Of a DNA stretch of 64,000 nucleotides, positions 55,544 through 64,000 are shown piece after piece. This DNA comes from Hyphomicrobiaceae bacterium (GTDB lineage: Bacteria; Pseudomonadota; Alphaproteobacteria; Rhizobiales; Hyphomicrobiaceae). The DNA lies in assembly GCA_036280295.1 (NCBI GenBank), contig DASURA010000369.1, positions 1,341 to 65,340 on the forward strand, read 5' to 3'. Every line of letters starts with the position of its first letter. Positions within the stretch are counted from its first letter, which is position 1. The position numbers and the translations under genes were made by a program. Below the pieces are notes generated by a model. That model searched no databases. It was not told the DNA's origin and saw only the letters and a program-made list of their open reading frames with translations.

Positions 55544-56476
55544 ATGGCCCACTCCGCATCCGAGCCCGCGCGGAGCGCCGTCGCGGTTGTCGGCCTCGGC
55601 AGCATCGGCGGCGTGGCGGCGGGATGCCTGGCCGACGCGGGGCACCATGGCGTCATTGCCTGCGTGCGCCGGCCGCTGGAGCGGCTCACCGTGGAGCGCC
55701 CGGAGGGCGCGGCGGAGGTGGCCATCCGGGCCCTCACCGATCCGGATATGGCAACGCCGGTCGACTGGGTGCTGCTGGCCACCAAGGTGCCGGATACGGC
55801 TGCCGCCGGGGCGTGGCTGCGCCGGCTGTGCCGGCCCTCGACCAGGGTTGCGGTGCTGCAGAACGGCATCGATCACGTGGCGCGGGTGGCTCCCTTCGCC
55901 AACGGCGCCACCGTTATTCCGATCATGGTCTACTTCAACGGCGAGCGCCTGGCGCCGGACCGCGTGCGCATTCGCCACGTCCACGATACCCCCGATATGG
56001 AGGCCCCGGACGATGACGGCGGGCGGGCATTCGCGCAGCTGTTCGAGGGCAGCTCGCTCAGCGTGCGGCTGCTCGCCGATTTCAAGACCCAGGCCTGGCG
56101 CAAGCTGCTCGTCAACGCCGTGGCCAATCCGATGACCTGCCTGACCCTGCGCCGCCAGGAGGTGCTGCGCCACCCGGATGTCCACGCGCTCAGCTTGGCC
56201 GTGCTGCAGGAGGCCGCCGCGGTGGCGCGTGCCGACGGCGCCAGGATCGCCGACGACGAGCCGGAGCGCACCATGGCCAAGCTCATGACGTTCAGCCCCG
56301 AGCTCGGCACCTCCATGTACTTCGACCGCGTCGCCGGCCGCCCGCTGGAGGCCGACGCCCTCACCGGCGCCATCGTCGCTGCCGGCGCGCGGCTGGGCGT
56401 GCCGACGCCTCTCAACACGGCGCTGCTGGCACTCCTCAGGGCCGTGAGCGAGGCCGCGCAAGGCCCGGCGGGTTAG
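55544..56476 (+). CDS. Ketopantoate reductase (PanE/ApbA) family oxidoreductase
   Basis: 310 aa from ATG 55544 (GGAGG at a 5-nt spacing). Rossmann motif VVGLGSIGG, ...[14 protein letters not shown]..., C-terminal ...[10 protein letters not shown]. Confidence 0.8.
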   Translation: MAHSASEPARSAVAVVGLGSIGGVAAGCLADAGHHGVIACVRRPLERLTVERPEGAAEVAIRALTDPDMATPVDWVLLATKVPDTAAAGAWLRRLCRPSTRVAVLQNGIDHVARVAPFANGATVIPIMVYFNGERLAPDRVRIRHVHDTPDMEAPDDDGGRAFAQLFEGSSLSVRLLADFKTQAWRKLLVNAVANPMTCLTLRRQEVLRHPDVHALSLAVLQEAAAVARADGARIADDEPERTMAKLMTFSPELGTSMYFDRVAGRPLEADALTGAIVAAGARLGVPTPLNTALLALLRAVSEAAQGPAG

Positions 56477-56894
56477 CGAGGCGTCCGAGGTCTAGAACGT
56501 GTACTCAATTACATGGAGCGATGCTGGCTCACGTCTGCGTTTGTTGAGGGTTTCGGATGCCGGCCCGCCGCAACGGTCGGGGCTGGCACGGGGGCCGGCG
56601 TCCGAAAGCCTCCAGGGAAGGAACCCGCGAGTCGTGGGGCACGCCGGTGCCGCGAGCGCTATGGGGATTTCGCCGTAGTGTGCCGATTGGCAGACGAAGG
56701 CGGGCGGCGATGAGGAGAGCAGGCCGGGCTGATGGGGCGCGGCCGTCGCGTCGGGCTGCATTCGGCTCTGCGATTCAGCGGTGACCGAGGCTCTATCGAT
56801 CGCGAAGCGCATCGTTCCCGACAAGCACCAACACGGCCGGCCCGTGGCCAGCGGCAGTGGCGCTCGGCTTTGCGGCGGTTGCAGGCTGGGAGCG

Positions 56895-57940
56895 TCATGA
56901 TGTGTCGATCCTGGTGGTCGGGGCATGGCGTGGCCGGCAGCCTGCCTCGAAGGTCTCGATGACGATCATGCGCCCGCCGCAGCAGGGACACGGGGTGGCG
57001 AGCACCGATTGAGGTCCGTCATCGGTGGGCGCCTCGTCCTCGGGATCGGTGGCGGCGACCTCAGAAGCTCACGCGCCTGGGCGAGGTTCTCCTCGCGGGT
57101 GCCGCCGGCGAGGAGGCCGTAGTGGCGGATGCGGTGGAAGCCCTTGGGCAGGACGTGGATGATGAAGCGGCGGATGAACTCGTCGACCGCGACGGTCATG
57201 GTGGTGTAGCGGCTTGGCCCCTCGACCCGGTAGTCCTTGACCTTGAAGGTGACGCTCTCCGCATCGGCGGCGATCAGGCGACTGTTGGAGATGGCGACGC
57301 GGTGGGTGTAGCGCGCCAGGTAGGCGAGCACGGCCTTGGGACCGGCGAACGGGCGCTTGGAGTAGACGAACCAGCGCGTTCTCTTGAGCGGCGCCAGGAA
57401 GGCGGCGAAGGCCTTGGTGTCGGCGAGGTGGGCATGCGCGCCAAAGAAGGCGAGCTTGCCGGCCTGGTGGGCGGCGGCGAGCTTCTCCAGCATCAGGCGC
57501 CGGAACAGCCTGGAGAGCACCAGCACGGGCAGGAAGAAGTTGGGCTTGGCAGCGATCCGGCGTTTGCCGTCGGGCGAGACGCCGCCGCCCGGCACGATCA
57601 TGTGCACGTGCGGGTGATGCGTCATGGCCGACCCCCAGGTGTGCAGCACCGCCGTGATGGCGATGCGGGCGCCGAGGTGCTTGGGATCGGAGGCAATGGT
57701 CAGCATGGTCTCGGCCGCGGCCTTGAACAGCAGGTCGTAGATCGCCTTCTTGTTCTGGTAGGCGATATCACCAATCGCCGCCGGCAGCGTGAAGACGATG
57801 TGGAAGTAGGGCACGGGCAAGAGCTCGGCCTGCCGCTCCTCCATCCACTCTCTCGCCGCGGCGCCCTGGCACTTGGGGCAGTGCCGATTGCGGCAGCTGT
57901 TGTAGGCGATGGTGGTATGGGCGCAGTCCTCGCAGCGCTT
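56895..57940 (-). mobile_element. IS91-family transposase remnant (5'-truncated, one frameshift)
   Basis: YNSCRNRHCPKCQ zinc-finger motif, HUH region HTWGSAMTHHPHVHMIVPGGG, catalytic-Tyr region YLARYTHRVAISN. The first 50 or so codons are missing: homology starts at RCEDCAHTT near 57937. A frameshift near 57065 is needed to reach the conserved C-terminus CPCCGGRMIVIETFEAG...IDTS, with stop at 56895. The element end may extend to about 56490. Confidence 0.85.
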
Positions 57941-58890
57941 CCGAAGACTGGGCCGATCGAGGTCTGGATGAGCGCTCCATCCCTTCGCTGCAAGAACAAC
58001 GCGTCGAGACCCTCTCTTTGTGCAAGCACCTTGCCTTCCACGGGACCGAGTACCATGAGCGCTGTGGCCCAAGCATCTGCATCCATGCAGCTAGCGGCAA
58101 CGACTGAAACTGACGCGATTCCGTTGTCGACTGGACCGCCGCGCGACCGGTCCATTGTGTGGGCCAGGCGCTTTCCTCCGAGATCGACCCAGTGCCGATA
58201 GTCGCCCGAGGTCGCAACCGCGGCGTCCCGCAACTCAATCACGCCGAGCGGACTCCGCAGCTCGTAGTCGGGCCTTTCCACCGCCACGAGCCACGGTGTT
58301 CCGTCTGCCTTGGCGCCTCGCGCTTTAAGCTCTCCATCGAGACTGACCAGCGCACTGGAGATGCCGAAGGTCTCAACCGCACGCATCATCTCGTCCACGG
58401 CGAAGCCTTTGGCGATGCCCGAAAGGTCGAGCGCGAAATGGGCATGCTTGCGCGCACGCCTTCCGGGTACATCCAGTTCAAGAACAGTATGGGTTGGTAG
58501 CAGCCGCTCGCGAAGGGCAGCCAGAATCGCTTCCTTGTCGGGCGCGGAACGAGCGGCTCCGAAGCCCCAAGCATTGACCAGGCCTCCCAGGCCGATGTCA
58601 AAGGCTCCGCCCGAGGCGTGCCCGAACTGCAACCCCCGCTGGAGAACCTGCATGAGCTCGGCAGGCAAGGATACCCAGGCGCCCGGCGACGCCGCATTGA
58701 AGCGCATCAGATCGCTGTCGGACTTCCATGTGGACATCTGGCGGTCCACGCGGTCGACGGCGCGAGCTAATGCGGCTTCCAGCGCGGCGATATCGATCGC
58801 TGGCGACGCATAGAGCAGCGCCGACCACCGCGTTCCCATGGTGGCCCCGCTCATTGCATGACGAAGGAGGTCAGTAGACATCTTCGGCAT
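57700..58890 (-). CDS. apbE: FAD:protein FMN transferase ApbE, native 3' end replaced by IS91-derived sequence
   Basis: ApbE-like from MSGATMGTRW... through ...ADAWATALMVLGPVEG...LFLQRRDGALIQTSIGPVF (about 310 aa, to about 57960). The ORF then runs a further 85 or so codons out of frame through the transposase remnant. Start is 58890 or 58881. No obvious signal peptide. Confidence 0.8.
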   Translation of the reverse strand: MPKMSTDLLRHAMSGATMGTRWSALLYASPAIDIAALEAALARAVDRVDRQMSTWKSDSDLMRFNAASPGAWVSLPAELMQVLQRGLQFGHASGGAFDIGLGGLVNAWGFGAARSAPDKEAILAALRERLLPTHTVLELDVPGRRARKHAHFALDLSGIAKGFAVDEMMRAVETFGISSALVSLDGELKARGAKADGTPWLVAVERPDYELRSPLGVIELRDAAVATSGDYRHWVDLGGKRLAHTMDRSRGGPVDNGIASVSVVAASCMDADAWATALMVLGPVEGKVLAQREGLDALFLQRRDGALIQTSIGPVFGSAARTAPIPPSPTTAAAIGTAPSARAPRRESGWRSGRPSSCPCPTSTSSSRCRRRLVISPTRTRRRSTTCCSRPRPRPC

Positions 58891-61090
58891 ACCTTCCTTG
58901 GGCTTTGAGCGCGAAGGGCGTCAGGCCGATCGGCGCCAACACATCGACCATCGCCTGCATGACGCCCGCCGCCATGTCGCGCCCGCCGCAAACCATAACC
59001 TGTGCCCCGTTGGCTATGAGAGCGCGTAGGCGATCAGCATCCCTACGCAGACAATCCTGCACATAGCCGCCGCCTTTCACGCGCGAGAAGACGGTAGCGA
59101 GGCTCGTCAGCCGCCTGTCATCCAGCCAGCCGGCAATCTCGCGCCCATAGAGAAAATCCGAGTCTGGATCGCGCCCGCCGAAATAGAGATGCATGGGCCT
59201 GCGCGCGACGTTGGCGCGAATGAATCCCGCCAGCGGGCCAACGCCAGTGCCAGCGCCGATCAGGATCACCGGTTTTGATGCACGTGCCGGACGAAAAACC
59301 GGGTTCACCTTCACGAAGGCCTCGGCGCTGTCGCCCGGCCGAAGACCGTGAAGCATGCCGGAGCAAAGCCCGCCCGGATGCTTGCGCACGCATATCTCGA
59401 CGAAGCCGTCACGAGTCGAACTGGCCAACGAGTAGTAGCGAGGCAAGCTGCAGTCCGGCGGCACAACTGCAATCAGGTCGCCTGCGGCGAAGCGCGGCCA
59501 GCCGTGCCCTGCGAGGCGCGCGAAGACGCCGCTCCTGGGCAGCGCGAAGCGCAGGACGCAGGTCGGCGCCTGGACCTCCGCACCGTAATCAATGCGCTCG
59601 ATAAGCGTTAGTGTGTGAGTACGCGGCCGCTCCGACACATGGGTCAGGACCAGCTTTTCACCCATGACATCCGACACGGTCTCACCCCATCGCGCGAACT
59701 CCTGCCCAGACTGGCGGTCGATGGTCTCCAGCGGCATCAGCGACGCCCAGCCTTTCCGCACCAGAGCCGATTCGACATCACGGGCGAATTGGCAGAATTG
59801 CGGAAATTGACGATCGCCGAAGCCGAGGACCGCGACCGGGAAAGGCGGTGGATCGCTGATCCCGTCGAGGCGTTTGAGGAATGCGCTGGCTGTTGCTGGA
59901 GCCGCGCCGTCACCATAGGTCGCGGTCAGCACGAACATGCGCCGCGCCGACGGATAGGATCGCAACAAGCTGTCCATCGGGGCGGCGTGAACTCTGTGGC
60001 CGTTGGACGTCAGGGCTGCGTGCAACGTGCGGGCAAAGCCCCATGTGCTGCCGCCTTCGCTCCCGACCAGGATCACGGTGTCGGCGCTCTTGGCGGGAAC
60101 GTTGTCGGCGATTGGAGCGCGAGTACGTCGCCCGCTCCACCACATCGCAGCGCCGCTCAAGCCGAGCACTGGAACGCTGAGGGCGCTGACGCCGAGCAGC
60201 AGGCCGAGCCACCAGAGCCCTTGGCCGGTGTGCAGCATGTAGATGAATTCATAGATCTGCTGGGCCGCCGAATGCGCCTGCCAAGCCAACATCTCTCCGC
60301 TCGCTGGGTCGACATAGCCCTCGCCGGCAGCGCTGGTCACGTGGAAGAGGTCATTCGGATTCGCCGGGTTGGGAAAAGTCAGCTCGCGCAGCTGCGAAAG
60401 ATCGATGCCGCGCAAAGCCTCGATTTGCTCGACCGGAAGAGCCTCGCCGCGGGTCGTCACCGTCGGGAGAGCGGGCCCCTGCGACGTGCCGTCCGGAATT
60501 AGTCCGAACGTCGTGAGCGACAGGTAGAGCGCCGTCACCGTCGACAGGAGCAGTCCGAAAACTGCTAACCGGCCCACTTCGGCATGCAGCCGCTGCATGC
60601 CATCGCCCCGCGCGCGACCGAGAATGTGCCGCCATCCTCCCATGCGCCGGGCGGTCATTTGCAGTCCGGACAGCGTCAGGACAAGCATTGCAAGCGCGCC
60701 AACGGCAGCGGCCATCCGTCCGCTATCGCCCAGAAAGAACGAACGATGCAGGTTGGTCATCCAGCGTTCGAACGCCGAGCGCACGTAGTCCGAAACCGGT
60801 CTGCCGCCGGAAGGATCCACCACGCTCGCCGCCGGGCCGTCATTCCCGGAGTAGAAGGCAATGACCTTGCCGGAGGGCAGCCGCTTGAGCTCCTCTACTC
60901 CGGGATAGGTATTGACGACTCGGCCAGCCAAGTCGGCGACGCTAACGCCCTCTGCGGGAAGCGAAACCGCTCCGGCTCTCTCCCAGGCCGGCATCACCGA
61001 CAGCACCGATCCGCTGATGACGAGCGCCATCAGCGGAAGGAGGACGGAAAGGGCCAGGACCTTATGAATCCAGCGCATCATGACATCCAT
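58871..61090 (-). CDS. PepSY-associated TM protein fused to flavodoxin-like and FAD/NAD(P)H (FNR-like) reductase domains
   Basis: 739 aa. N-terminal PepSY_TM-type helices (WIHKVLALSVLLPLMALVISG, MAAAVGALAMLVLTLSGL, LAVFGLLLSTVTALYL, WWLGLLLGVSALSVPVLGL). Flavodoxin-like VILVGSEGGSTWGFA. FNR-like RYYSLASS, GGLCSG, ILIGAGTGVGPLAGF, C-terminal YAEDVY. Confidence 0.88.
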   Translation of the reverse strand: MDVMMRWIHKVLALSVLLPLMALVISGSVLSVMPAWERAGAVSLPAEGVSVADLAGRVVNTYPGVEELKRLPSGKVIAFYSGNDGPAASVVDPSGGRPVSDYVRSAFERWMTNLHRSFFLGDSGRMAAAVGALAMLVLTLSGLQMTARRMGGWRHILGRARGDGMQRLHAEVGRLAVFGLLLSTVTALYLSLTTFGLIPDGTSQGPALPTVTTRGEALPVEQIEALRGIDLSQLRELTFPNPANPNDLFHVTSAAGEGYVDPASGEMLAWQAHSAAQQIYEFIYMLHTGQGLWWLGLLLGVSALSVPVLGLSGAAMWWSGRRTRAPIADNVPAKSADTVILVGSEGGSTWGFARTLHAALTSNGHRVHAAPMDSLLRSYPSARRMFVLTATYGDGAAPATASAFLKRLDGISDPPPFPVAVLGFGDRQFPQFCQFARDVESALVRKGWASLMPLETIDRQSGQEFARWGETVSDVMGEKLVLTHVSERPRTHTLTLIERIDYGAEVQAPTCVLRFALPRSGVFARLAGHGWPRFAAGDLIAVVPPDCSLPRYYSLASSTRDGFVEICVRKHPGGLCSGMLHGLRPGDSAEAFVKVNPVFRPARASKPVILIGAGTGVGPLAGFIRANVARRPMHLYFGGRDPDSDFLYGREIAGWLDDRRLTSLATVFSRVKGGGYVQDCLRRDADRLRALIANGAQVMVCGGRDMAAGVMQAMVDVLAPIGLTPFALKAQGRYAEDVY

Positions 61091-61104
61091 CCCTGCACGT
61101 AGGC

Positions 61105-61575
61105 CTACATGTCGTAGGTGAAGGAGCTGATGTAGCTGCGCCCCGCCACGGGCCGGCCTGCCCCTGCGGACGACAACGGAACGACCACTTCGGACGGGCT
61201 GTCCCGCATGTCCTCTACGGCGGCGTCGATGTGGAGCTTGTAGCCTGCATCGAAGAGCGCGTCCGCGAGGTCGAGCGTGACTGTCAGTGTGCGGCCGGCT
61301 CCGACGCTGGCGCCTGTGATGCCGTTGATGTCGGAGAGGGTTCCACGAGATCCGCGGTTCCAGCCGCTGAGGTGGCTATAATATTTGGACTTGGAGCCCG
61401 CCATCCACAGCGTGCCTTTGTAGGCGCCAGTCGCGTCGGTCACGTAAAGGGCCAGATACGCGCCGTTCCCGCCATAGTTCTTGAGCGTTGTGGTCAGCGT
61501 GACAGGACGCGCCATGGCGGGTCCGGGAGCGGCCAGCGCGGTCGTTACAGCAAGGGCGGCAAGCAGTGATTTCAT
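61105..61575 (-). CDS. Secreted DUF2271-family protein with an ApbE-type flavinylation motif
   Basis: 156 aa. Signal peptide MKSLLAALAVTTALAAPGPAMA. Motif DINGITGAS (nt 61306-61317 encode TGAS). GGAGA RBS. Confidence 0.85.
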   Translation of the reverse strand: MKSLLAALAVTTALAAPGPAMARPVTLTTTLKNYGGNGAYLALYVTDATGAYKGTLWMAGSKSKYYSHLSGWNRGSRGTLSDINGITGASVGAGRTLTVTLDLADALFDAGYKLHIDAAVEDMRDSPSEVVVPLSSAGAGRPVAGRSYISSFTYDM

Positions 61576-61626
61576 TTTTTGTCTCCAGCGGTGGCGTATC
61601 GATCGCGCCGAAACTGAAGACCGCGG

Positions 61627-61675
61627 CTGACGTATTCCTGAAGGCTGACAGGATTCTGCTTCAGGTCACTGTCAG
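61627..61675. promoter_or_regulatory. 49-bp composite operator (site 1) upstream of the DUF2271 operon
   Basis: CTGACgtattCCTGAAG-N15-CTTCAGGtcactGTCAG. The centre lies 76 nt upstream of ATG 61575. An extra CTGAAG half-site is at 61614-61619. Confidence 0.65.
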
Positions 61676-61837
61676 CTTGGCGCTATTTGAAAACGAAAAC
61701 GCCCGCACGAGGCGGGGCGCGCATGAAGGCGATGTGCTGTTCGTTCAGCTCAGGTAGCGTATGTCAGTCGCACCGATGCCGACGCCTTGTGTCCTCTGAT
61801 GATGGCCTCCGATGAAACGCATTCCACACCAAGGACC

Positions 61838-62260
61838 TCACTTGACTTCGACTCTAGGGGCCGCACCGCCCTGAAAAAGCCCGTTGGGAGGCGGCGCTAC
61901 TGTTGGCGCTGGCGCTGCCCCCTGTCCCGACCGTTCGCCTGCCCGGCTTCTGTCTTCCTCATCGTCATGGTCCCTGCCGTGCTCTCCCTGCTTGTACTTC
62001 ACGCGAATCACAGCGAGGGACGCAGGATCCACCTTTACCTTGATGGCACGGCCGTTCTCGTCTTGCCCTCTAATCTCGTAGCATCCGTCGTCGATCTTGA
62101 TTCTGTGCACGGTCCAGCCACGCGCCTTTGCCATTTGTTCGACTGCTTCGCGCGGCTGCCACTGGGCCATGGGAACCTTGCAGTCGTCATCGTCGGCCAC
62201 CGCCATGCCGGGCGCTAGCGCGCCCAGCAGAATGGCAGCAATCAATACCGCCCTTTTCAC
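61838..62260 (-). CDS. Periplasmic PepSY-domain protein
   Basis: 140 aa, GTG start with AGGAG RBS. Signal peptide MKRAVLIAAILLGALAPGMAVA. PepSY-like core (AVEQMAKARGWTVHRIKIDDGCYEIRGQDENGRAIKVKVDPASL). Acidic/His-rich tail. Confidence 0.8.
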   Translation of the reverse strand: MKRAVLIAAILLGALAPGMAVADDDDCKVPMAQWQPREAVEQMAKARGWTVHRIKIDDGCYEIRGQDENGRAIKVKVDPASLAVIRVKYKQGEHGRDHDDEEDRSRAGERSGQGAAPAPTVAPPPNGLFQGGAAPRVEVK

Positions 62261-62311
62261 GTTCTCCTGCTCCCGTTCGAAGCTAACCTATCTTCCTTTT
62301 GAGCCAATTTC

Positions 62312-62360
62312 CTGACGGCGACCTGAAGACGCTGCGGCTTTTGCTTCAGGTCAACGTCAG
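62312..62360. promoter_or_regulatory. 49-bp composite operator (site 2) between the PepSY gene and the response-regulator gene
   Basis: CTGACggcgaCCTGAAG-N15-CTTCAGGtcaacGTCAG. The centre is 76 nt upstream of the PepSY GTG at 62260 and 85 nt upstream of the RR ATG at 62421. Confidence 0.65.
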
Positions 62361-62420
62361 GTTCTCCTCTATGATTACCTATGAGCGGGACAGGCAATTG
62401 GGGGCGGGCGGAATGAGACG

Positions 62421-63083
62421 ATGCGGATATTGCTGATTGAAGACGACACCATTCTGGGCGCGGCCGTGCGCGACCAGATCGTGTCCGACGGACACTCCGT
62501 CGACTGGGTTACCCGGCTTGATGCCGCGTGGGACCATCTTAGCAGCACCGCCTACGACCTGCTTCTCCTGGATCTGATGCTGCCGGACGGTCGCGGTATC
62601 GGACTCCTACGCGCCCTACGCGCCAAGGGTGACGTCACCCCGGTCATCATTCTAACGGCGCTCGATCAACTATCCGATCGCATCGAGGGGCTCAACGCCG
62701 GTGCAGACGATTACATGATTAAACCCTTCGATCTTTCGGAACTTTCATCGCGGCTGAATGCCGTCGCGCGCCGCTATTCCGGTAATCCGAATCCCCTTGT
62801 CCGGGTCGGTGCTCTGCAGATCGATCTGGCCGCTCGCTCGATCACCCGTGCAGGAAAGAACATTCCTCTGACGGCACGGGAATGGGTGCTGCTCGAAATT
62901 TTCGTGCAGCGCCCGCGTCAGGTCATGTCAAGGGCGATTCTTGAGGAACGACTCTACTCATTTGGCGAGGAGGTCGAGAGCAACACCATCGAGGTGCACA
63001 TCAGTCGGCTTCGCAAGAAGCTTGGACATGCCATCATTGAGACCGTGCGTGGCCTCGGTTACCGGCTGGGAAGCGCCTCATGA
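62421..63083 (+). CDS. OmpR/PhoB-family response regulator
   Basis: 220 aa. Receiver domain (MRILLIEDD, LLLLDLMLPDG, ADDYMIKPF) and winged-helix output (LTAREWVLLEIF..., IETVRGLGYRL). Confidence 0.95.
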   Translation: MRILLIEDDTILGAAVRDQIVSDGHSVDWVTRLDAAWDHLSSTAYDLLLLDLMLPDGRGIGLLRALRAKGDVTPVIILTALDQLSDRIEGLNAGADDYMIKPFDLSELSSRLNAVARRYSGNPNPLVRVGALQIDLAARSITRAGKNIPLTAREWVLLEIFVQRPRQVMSRAILEERLYSFGEEVESNTIEVHISRLRKKLGHAIIETVRGLGYRLGSAS

Positions 63084-64000
63084 AAAGGCCGCGTAGCCTG
63101 CAGTGGCGGATCGCACTGTGGCTCGGGCTCGGCGTCGCGCTCCTCTGGATCATCGCAGCCGTCGTGACAGCTCAAAGGCTGCGTCACGAGATGGACGAGG
63201 TGTTCGATAGCGCGCTTGAGGAAACTGCCCAGCGGATTCTTCCGCTTGCGGTGCTCGATATCCTCGGCCGTGAGGCAGGCGACACGTCTCAACGTATCGC
63301 GACGCTGAGGCAGCACGACGAGTACTTTACTTATGTGGTGCGGGACGAGCGCGGGTCCGTACTGGTGCGCTCGCACAGCGCCAACGACGCCATCTTCCCT
63401 CCCTTCTCCAGAATGGGTTTTACCGACACGCCAACCCACAGGATCTACTTTGACGCTGCGCTGCAAGGCACGGTGACGATCGCAGTGGCGGAGCCGCTCG
63501 CGCACCGCCGCGAGGTCGCGAACGAGGCACTCCTCGGGCTTGCCTGGCCGCTGGGATTGCTTATTCCCCTCAGCCTTCTTGCCGTCTGGGGCGTCGTGCG
63601 CGTCTCGATGACGCCGGTCAGGAGCCTGCGGAGAGGTATTGAAGCACGCGGCACTGGCGATCTGTCGCCGGTTCCGGCCGCAGGCCTGCCCTCCGAGATC
63701 AGGCCGCTTGCTGACGCCGTGAACAACCTGTTGGAGAGCCTTCGGCGCGCCCTGGAAGCTGAGCGGAGCTTCGCCGCCAATTCCGCGCATGAGCTACGTA
63801 CACCGATCGCCGCCGCGCTGGCGCAGACACAACGGCTCATCGACGAGACCAAAGACACCGCGGCGCGAACGCGGGCACAGCAGATCGAGACGGCGCTGCG
63901 GCGGCTTTCGCGGCTGTCTGAAAAGTTGATGCAACTCGCAAAGGCAGAGGGCGGACGCCTTCAGGACAGGGAGACGACCGACATCGCATCTGTCCTGAAA
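63080..64000 (+). CDS. Sensor histidine kinase (partial, runs off the window end)
   Basis: My own translation from ATG 63080 (ATGA overlap with the RR stop): MKRPRSLQWRIALWLGLGVALLWIIAAVV..., a second TM (LAWPLGLLIPLSLLAVWGVV), a HAMP-like region, and H-box FAANSAHELRTPIA. Open to position 64000. Confidence 0.88.
   Translation, partial: MKRPRSLQWRIALWLGLGVALLWIIAAVVTAQRLRHEMDEVFDSALEETAQRILPLAVLDILGREAGDTSQRIATLRQHDEYFTYVVRDERGSVLVRSHSANDAIFPPFSRMGFTDTPTHRIYFDAALQGTVTIAVAEPLAHRREVANEALLGLAWPLGLLIPLSLLAVWGVVRVSMTPVRSLRRGIEARGTGDLSPVPAAGLPSEIRPLADAVNNLLESLRRALEAERSFAANSAHELRTPIAAALAQTQRLIDETKDTAARTRAQQIETALRRLSRLSEKLMQLAKAEGGRLQDRETTDIASVLK

Overview
High-GC chromosomal segment (roughly two-thirds G+C by eye) from an alphaproteobacterium, probably a member of the Hyphomicrobiales, judging by its REP-type repeats, gene order and protein families. 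I call about 50 protein-coding genes. I saw no rRNA, tRNA or CRISPR array. Left third (5.3-18.0 kb, minus strand): the urea ABC transporter urtABCDE, with a sigma-54-type promoter, is followed by a complete urease cluster ureD-A-B-C-E-F-(peptidoglycan-binding ORF)-G. Most intergenic gaps in this cluster are filled by one of four families of palindromic REP/MITE-like repeats. Middle: a stop-free LivF-like ATPase::aldehyde dehydrogenase ORF, a decayed ParD-type antitoxin, a TAXI-TRAP transporter with IlvD/Edd-family and enolase-superfamily enzymes, a MarR regulator and an RND efflux pair. A 33-41 kb block follows (tandem USP, secreted hypothetical, STAS-MlaE/MlaF/MlaD::PqiC-like, USP, AEC transporter, 123-aa hypothetical, Pat-like acetyltransferase) and carries three perfect FNR/FixK-type boxes. 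After it come two 2-hydroxyacid dehydrogenases with a MarR, and an ECF42-like sigma factor with its DGPF/YciI partner and a shared candidate promoter. Right part (49-64 kb, visibly lower GC, accessory-like): a DAACS symporter fused to a periplasmic binding domain, a frameshifted methyltransferase, about 1.2 kb of gene debris abutting the 3' end of guaA, and a panE-like reductase. It continues with a truncated, frameshifted IS91-family transposase that has clipped the 3' end of apbE. It ends with a PepSY-TM::flavodoxin::FNR reductase / DUF2271 / ApbE / PepSY module next to an OmpR-type two-component system. That last module, together with a duplicated 49-bp operator at identical offsets, is my best candidate for a poorly described system in this window. 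All family assignments come from reading the translated ORFs by eye (motifs and recollection of families), not from database searches.
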